A stretch of 64,000 nt of DNA, taken from NCBI GenBank assembly GCA_014802335.1, contig JAAVCL010000024.1:7346-71345 (forward strand), written 5' to 3'. The position numbers were made by a program, and so were the translations under genes. This stretch comes from Bacteroides sp. (GTDB lineage Bacteria; Bacteroidota; Bacteroidia; Bacteroidales; Muribaculaceae). Below, piece by piece: positions 58,932-64,000 of this stretch. Positions within the stretch are counted from its first letter, which is position 1; each line of letters opens with the position of its first letter. The notes under the pieces are model-generated. The model saw only the letters and a program-made list of their open reading frames with translations, was not told where the DNA came from and did not search any database.

Positions 58932-59474
58932 ATGAAAAGGTCAATTAGCAAAAAATTGGGTGCATTTATCGCCACAATGGGGATGATATTTGCAGTTGCC
59001 GGCATGTCGGCACAGAATAGTTTGCCTGCACCCGGTTCCGGTGGAATCGGGAATCCTCCGAATGGTATAGGTTGGAATCCGGGCGGTCCTGGTGGCCCCG
59101 GCGGTTTTGGTGGCCCGGCCGCTCCTCCTCCAGCTTGGGGAAGTCCTTGGGGGCCGGCTTGGAATAATTCGCCAACAGTCGTTATTTCTCCTACAATTTC
59201 TGTGGGAAATTCCGTAAATCAGGGCATCACAAAAGTTGTGGCCTGCGGATATGACTCCACAGGAGTGTGGCGAGTAATTCCCCTGGTGGTTAGTTATCAA
59301 TATACCGGTGTGCAATATTCAGTGAATGTCCTGAATGCTTGGAATCCTTGGACCGATCAATGGGATAAGGGCGTAGATGTTCAAGCCTTCAACACCAATT
59401 ATATACTGCGCGGCATTACGTATAATTTCTATACAGTTCTTTCGTTTGGAACGTTCTATTTTAATCTTTCCTGA
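58932..59474 (+). CDS. Secreted hypothetical protein with Pro/Gly/Trp-rich linker
   Basis: Signal peptide; 'GPGGPGGFGGPAAPPPAWGSPWGP'; aromatic beta-rich C-terminal domain. Confidence 0.7.
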   Translation: MKRSISKKLGAFIATMGMIFAVAGMSAQNSLPAPGSGGIGNPPNGIGWNPGGPGGPGGFGGPAAPPPAWGSPWGPAWNNSPTVVISPTISVGNSVNQGITKVVACGYDSTGVWRVIPLVVSYQYTGVQYSVNVLNAWNPWTDQWDKGVDVQAFNTNYILRGITYNFYTVLSFGTFYFNLS

Positions 59475-59526
59475 TTGTTACACACATAAGGGATAGTTAA
59501 ACTTCCCGGATATGGTTTGATGCTCT

Positions 59527-62097
59527 TCAGGATTTTGCCTCAGTTGTATCTTCTGGTTTAACCCGGATCAAATTCGGGTAATCCAGTTCTATAAGTTTAA
59601 TCTGCATGAATGTCGGCAAGACACCCGTGCAGTTTTTTATATCCTCTTGTCTCTCCTGGCCATTATATGGTACTTCCGGGTGCGTGTCATAATAGTGACG
59701 CAGCTTTTTTTCCGTGTCAATATCTATTATGCGTCTTATCGTATCAGGATCGCTTAGATCTGCGACTTGAATAATGTGGCCCGATATGGTGGTAACTGCC
59801 AGCTGTCTTATATCCGCGATTTCTTCTATACTTTTGCCTTCATTCCAAAGAGCCAATGATTCTCTGGCCGAGTCTCCCTTTTTGCGTTGATTGGTCTTTG
59901 CTTTTTGCTTATTTGGCTCTTTATCAGTTCGTTTCTTTGAGATTGAATGTGGGTTGTGTTCCTTCTTGTAAACGGCAATATCAAGATGAATGTCGTTCAC
60001 ATAATTCCTTACCAGATCAAGAATCTCATCTCCGATTCTTTTAGCCGTAGTTTCGCCGATGCCGGGGATGTCGAGAAGTTCATTATAACTGAACGGCAGG
60101 GCCGAAGCGACCCCAAGAAGTGCCTGTGTAGAAATTACCGTGAATGCCGGGACCTCACTTTTCTGTGCTTTCTCGCGGCGCCATCTGCATAATTCATCAA
60201 ACAACTCCGGATGTGGATTGGACTCGGAATAGTCTGACGAAACGTGGGATACAGACTTCTTATTCTTTTTCTTCCTTGATTCGAGAGTGTTGAATGTGCC
60301 TCTTGCCTTCACATCAAGATATTCCTCAATATTGAAGTCATCTATCGCAAAGGTGTCGAACAATGCAATTTTGATTTGCGAGATTTCTTTGTAAAGCTCA
60401 ACTCTTTCGTCGAGTTTCTGTCTCACTTTCTTATTGTCGTGTTCGGTGGGCATGGCCGACAAAGTTTCTTGAAGTTCGATTATCCGGCCTTTAAAGTATT
60501 TGCAGGCATCTTTTATTCTGTCAATCAGCCGTTTATTGGATATGCCCTCGTCGGGCATGCTTGACAACTGTCTTACCTGAATGTTAAATTTATCTCCGAC
60601 CGCAATCATGTTAAGCCGCATTTGCTCCACTTTGTCCGCAAGCTGAGTTACCTGCAGACCGTAAACCCTCGTGAAATTTTCTTTTAAAATTCTGAGAATG
60701 CCTTCCACGGCATTAAACAGAGGCCGGAAATTAAACATTCCCTCAATCAGATTCAACCTGTAGGAGGAAATCATTTCTCCCATTTTCGATTCCGGGAGTT
60801 CTTGTGTATGAGTTTTGAGATAATCGGCCACAACGGGGTCTGTGATAACCGAGGATGCCGGGAGAGTGCGTTCAAGCACCATGCCTTCCAGAGTCCGGCA
60901 TCTTGATAGAGCCACGTATGTCTGGCCGTGAGCGAAAGCAAGCGAAGCATCAATTATGGCACGATCGAATGTTAGGCCTTGGCTTTTGTGAATGGTGATG
61001 GCCCATGCGGGCCGAAGCGGTAACTGCCTGAACACTCCCTCACGATGTTCGGTAATTTCCTTCGTTTCTTCATTCACAACATATTTCAAGTTTTCCCACT
61101 CCATCGGTTCAACGGTGATTTGATCGGTGCTTCCGGTGGGAGTAACCGTTACTCCGTCTTCATCTATTGAGGTGATAATGCCCAACATTCCATTGAAATA
61201 TCGACGGTCACCTCCGCTGTCATTTTTTATAAACATCACCTGCGCTCCTTCCTTAAGCTCAAGTGAACGGTCGGCCGGGAAAGAGGCTTCAGGGAAATTA
61301 CCTTCTATTTTCGCTTCAAAAAAATAGGGGGTGCTTTGCAGCATCGCCATTCGTTGACAATTGATTTTGTTGGCCAGGTTATTGTGGGTAGTGAGTCGGA
61401 TATAACCTTGGCTGTCAGATGGGTTGAAGCCGGGAATATAACGCGAATTAAGAGCTGCAAGAACTTGGCTGTTGATATTGTTTGTTCTTACCGCATTGAG
61501 CAAATCTATAAAATTGCTGTCACTCTGCCGATAGACTTCGGTGAGTTCAAGGGTGACATAGTCGAGTTGGTTTAGGGCATGACTATCAAAGAAATAGGGT
61601 GAACGATAATGTGCTTCAAGCAAAGGCCTTTCGGGTGTGGTCACAACGGGAGGCAACTGTTGCAAATCGCCGATCAGCAGAAGTTGCACCCCACCGAATG
61701 GAAGTTCTCGGTCGCGGTATCGTCTCAGCACTTCATCAACAGCATCAAGCGTGTCGGCACGCACCATGCTGATTTCATCAATCACGAGGAGATCAAGACC
61801 GCGAATAATCTTGATTTTTTCTTTACTGAATGCAAGGCGACGATTATTATTTTCCCTCTTGACTCCGGGCACGAATGGCCCGAAATCAAGCTGGAAAAAT
61901 GAGTGAAGTGTAACGCCTCCGGCATTAATAGCGGCAATTCCCGTTGGGGCCGTTACTATCAATCGTTTGCGGCTCGTTTCTCTGAGTTTTCTCAGGAAGG
62001 TAGTTTTTCCGGTGCCTGCTTTTCCGGTAAGGAACAGGCTTGTTCCGGTTTCTGAAACAATAGTTGCAGCTTGACGGAGTTTGTCGTTATTTTCCAT
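59527..62097 (-). CDS. PIF1-like helicase with HRDC and C-terminal HTH domains
   Basis: 'LTGKAGTGKTT', 'APTGIAA', 'IDEISMV', 'GDLQQLPPV', 'TIHKSQGLT', 'YVALSR'; HRDC 'LCRWRREKA...PAF'. Confidence 0.9.
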   Translation of the reverse strand: MENNDKLRQAATIVSETGTSLFLTGKAGTGKTTFLRKLRETSRKRLIVTAPTGIAAINAGGVTLHSFFQLDFGPFVPGVKRENNNRRLAFSKEKIKIIRGLDLLVIDEISMVRADTLDAVDEVLRRYRDRELPFGGVQLLLIGDLQQLPPVVTTPERPLLEAHYRSPYFFDSHALNQLDYVTLELTEVYRQSDSNFIDLLNAVRTNNINSQVLAALNSRYIPGFNPSDSQGYIRLTTHNNLANKINCQRMAMLQSTPYFFEAKIEGNFPEASFPADRSLELKEGAQVMFIKNDSGGDRRYFNGMLGIITSIDEDGVTVTPTGSTDQITVEPMEWENLKYVVNEETKEITEHREGVFRQLPLRPAWAITIHKSQGLTFDRAIIDASLAFAHGQTYVALSRCRTLEGMVLERTLPASSVITDPVVADYLKTHTQELPESKMGEMISSYRLNLIEGMFNFRPLFNAVEGILRILKENFTRVYGLQVTQLADKVEQMRLNMIAVGDKFNIQVRQLSSMPDEGISNKRLIDRIKDACKYFKGRIIELQETLSAMPTEHDNKKVRQKLDERVELYKEISQIKIALFDTFAIDDFNIEEYLDVKARGTFNTLESRKKKNKKSVSHVSSDYSESNPHPELFDELCRWRREKAQKSEVPAFTVISTQALLGVASALPFSYNELLDIPGIGETTAKRIGDEILDLVRNYVNDIHLDIAVYKKEHNPHSISKKRTDKEPNKQKAKTNQRKKGDSARESLALWNEGKSIEEIADIRQLAVTTISGHIIQVADLSDPDTIRRIIDIDTEKKLRHYYDTHPEVPYNGQERQEDIKNCTGVLPTFMQIKLIELDYPNLIRVKPEDTTEAKS

Positions 62098-62192
62098 GGT
62101 GTAAGAGTGCGTCACAATATAATTCGCGTCCTTAATTTAGTTATTTCATTCGTATGCAGCAGGGCACGCATCGTCCGGTTAATCTTGCCCAA

Positions 62193-62360
62193 TTACCGGA
62201 CGAATGTAGGGACGTGGCGTGCCACGTCTGGGTAAACACCGTTGCTTTACCCCGTCGTAACAATCAGACGTGGCACGCCACGTCCCTACATTTGCCGCCT
62301 TACCGAACGAGTACCGGGATGTCCCATTACCGGGCGAGTGCCGCGATGTGCCACGTCCGT
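62193..62360. repeat. REPIN (inverted REP doublet) plus degenerate unit
   Basis: GTAGGGACGTGGCGTGCCACGTC (62206-62228), spacer, exact reverse complement (62267-62289). Confidence 0.82.
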
Positions 62361-63365
62361 TTATTGTGCTATTAAGTACTGAGCGATTTGAACAGCGTTC
62401 AGAGCAGCCCCTTTCTTAATCTGGTCGGCAACAACCCAGAAGCTCAGACCGTTTTTGTTGGAAAGATCTTTGCGAACACGACCTACGAAAACCGGGTCGG
62501 TTCCTGCCGTTTCCAAAGGCATGGGATAGGCCACGGGTTCGCCCTCTTTGTTTTCAACAAGCACCAGGCCGGGTGAATTGCGGAATGCATCAAGAGCCTC
62601 TTCAACAGATACCGGGCGCTCGGTCTCAACCCAGATAGCCTCACTGTGAGCGCGAAGCACGGGAACACGAACGCATGTGGCAGACACTTCGATATCACTG
62701 TGCATGATTTTGCGTGTCTCGTTATACATTTTCATTTCCTCCTTGGTGTAACCGTTGTCGGTAAAGACATCCACATGAGGAATTACATTGTAGGCAAGTT
62801 GATGGGCAAACTTCTTTACGGTGGGTTTGTCGCCACGGGCAATTTCATTATACTGTTCGCGGAGTTCATCCATTGCGGCCGCACCTGCACCGCTGGCAGC
62901 CTGATAAGTCGACACGTGAACGCGTGTGATATGGCTTATTTTTTCGATCGCGTTGAGGGCAACTACCATCTGGATAGTGGTGCAATTCGGATTGCCTATA
63001 ATGTTGCGCGGACGGTCAAGTGCATCCTTGGCATTAACTTCCGGAACCACCAACGGCACATCGGGATCCATGCGGAAGGCCGAGCTGTTATCGATCATGA
63101 TGGTTCCGTTGCGTGTGATTGTATCGGCATATTCTTTCGACACGCCTGCGCCGGCTGAGGTAAAGGCAATATCTATATCTGAAAAATCAGAGTCATGCGT
63201 AAGTTCTTCTATGACGTAGGTCTTACCCTTAAATTCACATTCTTTACCGGCTGAACGCGACGACCCGAACAGACGAAGTTTGTCAACCGGAAAATTTTGT
63301 TCTGCAAGAACACGGAGAAATTCCTGACCAACGGCACCGCTGGCACCAACTATCGCTATATTCAT
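62361..63365 (-). CDS. asd: Aspartate-semialdehyde dehydrogenase
   Basis: 'VGASGAVG', 'IDNSSAFRM', 'NPNCTTIQ', 'TYQAASGAG', 'CVRVPV..AHSE', '[11 protein letters not shown]'. Confidence 0.97.
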   Translation of the reverse strand: MNIAIVGASGAVGQEFLRVLAEQNFPVDKLRLFGSSRSAGKECEFKGKTYVIEELTHDSDFSDIDIAFTSAGAGVSKEYADTITRNGTIMIDNSSAFRMDPDVPLVVPEVNAKDALDRPRNIIGNPNCTTIQMVVALNAIEKISHITRVHVSTYQAASGAGAAAMDELREQYNEIARGDKPTVKKFAHQLAYNVIPHVDVFTDNGYTKEEMKMYNETRKIMHSDIEVSATCVRVPVLRAHSEAIWVETERPVSVEEALDAFRNSPGLVLVENKEGEPVAYPMPLETAGTDPVFVGRVRKDLSNKNGLSFWVVADQIKKGAALNAVQIAQYLIAQ

Positions 63366-63403
63366 AATTATGAGACTGATTGTAAAAGTAAATAATTGAT
63401 AAA

Positions 63404-63455
63404 AATAAATGCCGGTGGGTAACCATCATTGGTTTCCGGCCGGCATCTGTGTTTT
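63404..63455 (-). terminator. Hairpin downstream of fabD
   Basis: ATGCCGG...AACCA-TCAT-TGGTT...CCGGCAT stem with A/T runs. Confidence 0.5.
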
Positions 63456-63475
63456 TTATTTCAAATGGAAATTTA

Positions 63476-64000
63476 TCACTGTTTGCCGGAAGTGGCAACA
63501 CTGCGATCAATTTTCTTCACGAGTCCCTGAAGCACGTTGCCCGGTCCGAGTTCCACAAATTCAGTGGCACCGTCGGCAATCATTGACTGCACGTCGTATG
63601 TCCAACGCACGGGTGCGGTGAGCTGCTTAATCAGATTCTCTTTGATTTCGGCAGGATCAGTATGAGGTTTGCCGTCAACATTTTGATAGATAGGACACAC
63701 GGGAGTCTTGAACTCTGCGGCTGCAATAGCTTCTGCAAGTTCTTCCTGAGCCGGCTGCATCAATGGACTGTGGAATGCACCGCCAACCTTTAGTTTCATT
63801 GCGCGCTTGGCTCCGGCTGCAAGCATTTTCTCGCATGCTGCATCTATTCCTTCAATAGTTCCTGAAATCACAACCTGTCCGGGGCAGTTGTAATTAGCAG
63901 GGGCTACCACATCATCCACCTCTGCGCAAAGTGCTTCAACCTTCTCATCGGGAAGTGCCAGCACGGCTGCCATTGTCGAGGGTTGGAGTTCACATGCCTT
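63476..64000 (-). CDS. fabD: Malonyl-CoA:ACP transacylase (3' part; runs off window edge)
   Basis: 'MAAVL', 'ANYNCPGQVVISG', 'LKVGGAFHSPLM', 'QLTAPVRW', 'ELGPGNVL'. Confidence 0.95.
   Translation of the reverse strand, partial: KACELQPSTMAAVLALPDEKVEALCAEVDDVVAPANYNCPGQVVISGTIEGIDAACEKMLAAGAKRAMKLKVGGAFHSPLMQPAQEELAEAIAAAEFKTPVCPIYQNVDGKPHTDPAEIKENLIKQLTAPVRWTYDVQSMIADGATEFVELGPGNVLQGLVKKIDRSVATSGKQ

Overview
Chromosomal window from a Bacteroidales bacterium, probably Muribaculaceae (inferred from gene content, TAnnTTTG promoters and short T9SS C-terminal tails). Left: a type IX secretion (T9SS) attachment locus with two full-length PorU-like C25 sortases (porU-rex-FAH-porU2-porV), followed by GH25, waaA and gltX. 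Centre (15.6-32.7 kb): an accessory block of six predicted T9SS cargo proteins. It comprises an adhesin/C10 protease/adhesin operon and three divergent GH13 alpha-amylases, two with repeated starch-binding modules and a shared palindromic operator. The operon sits behind a candidate invertible promoter flanked by 16-bp inverted repeats. Right: housekeeping genes (addA-like, pnp, gldE, lemA, glyQS, cca, gldH, ricT, rny, zapA, asd, fabD). Intergenic DNA holds a dispersed GTAG-type REP/REPIN family, two MITE-like elements and an unannotated 41-aa membrane peptide gene. No rRNA, tRNA, CRISPR array, transposase or integrase was seen. All product calls come from motif recognition by eye, not database searches.
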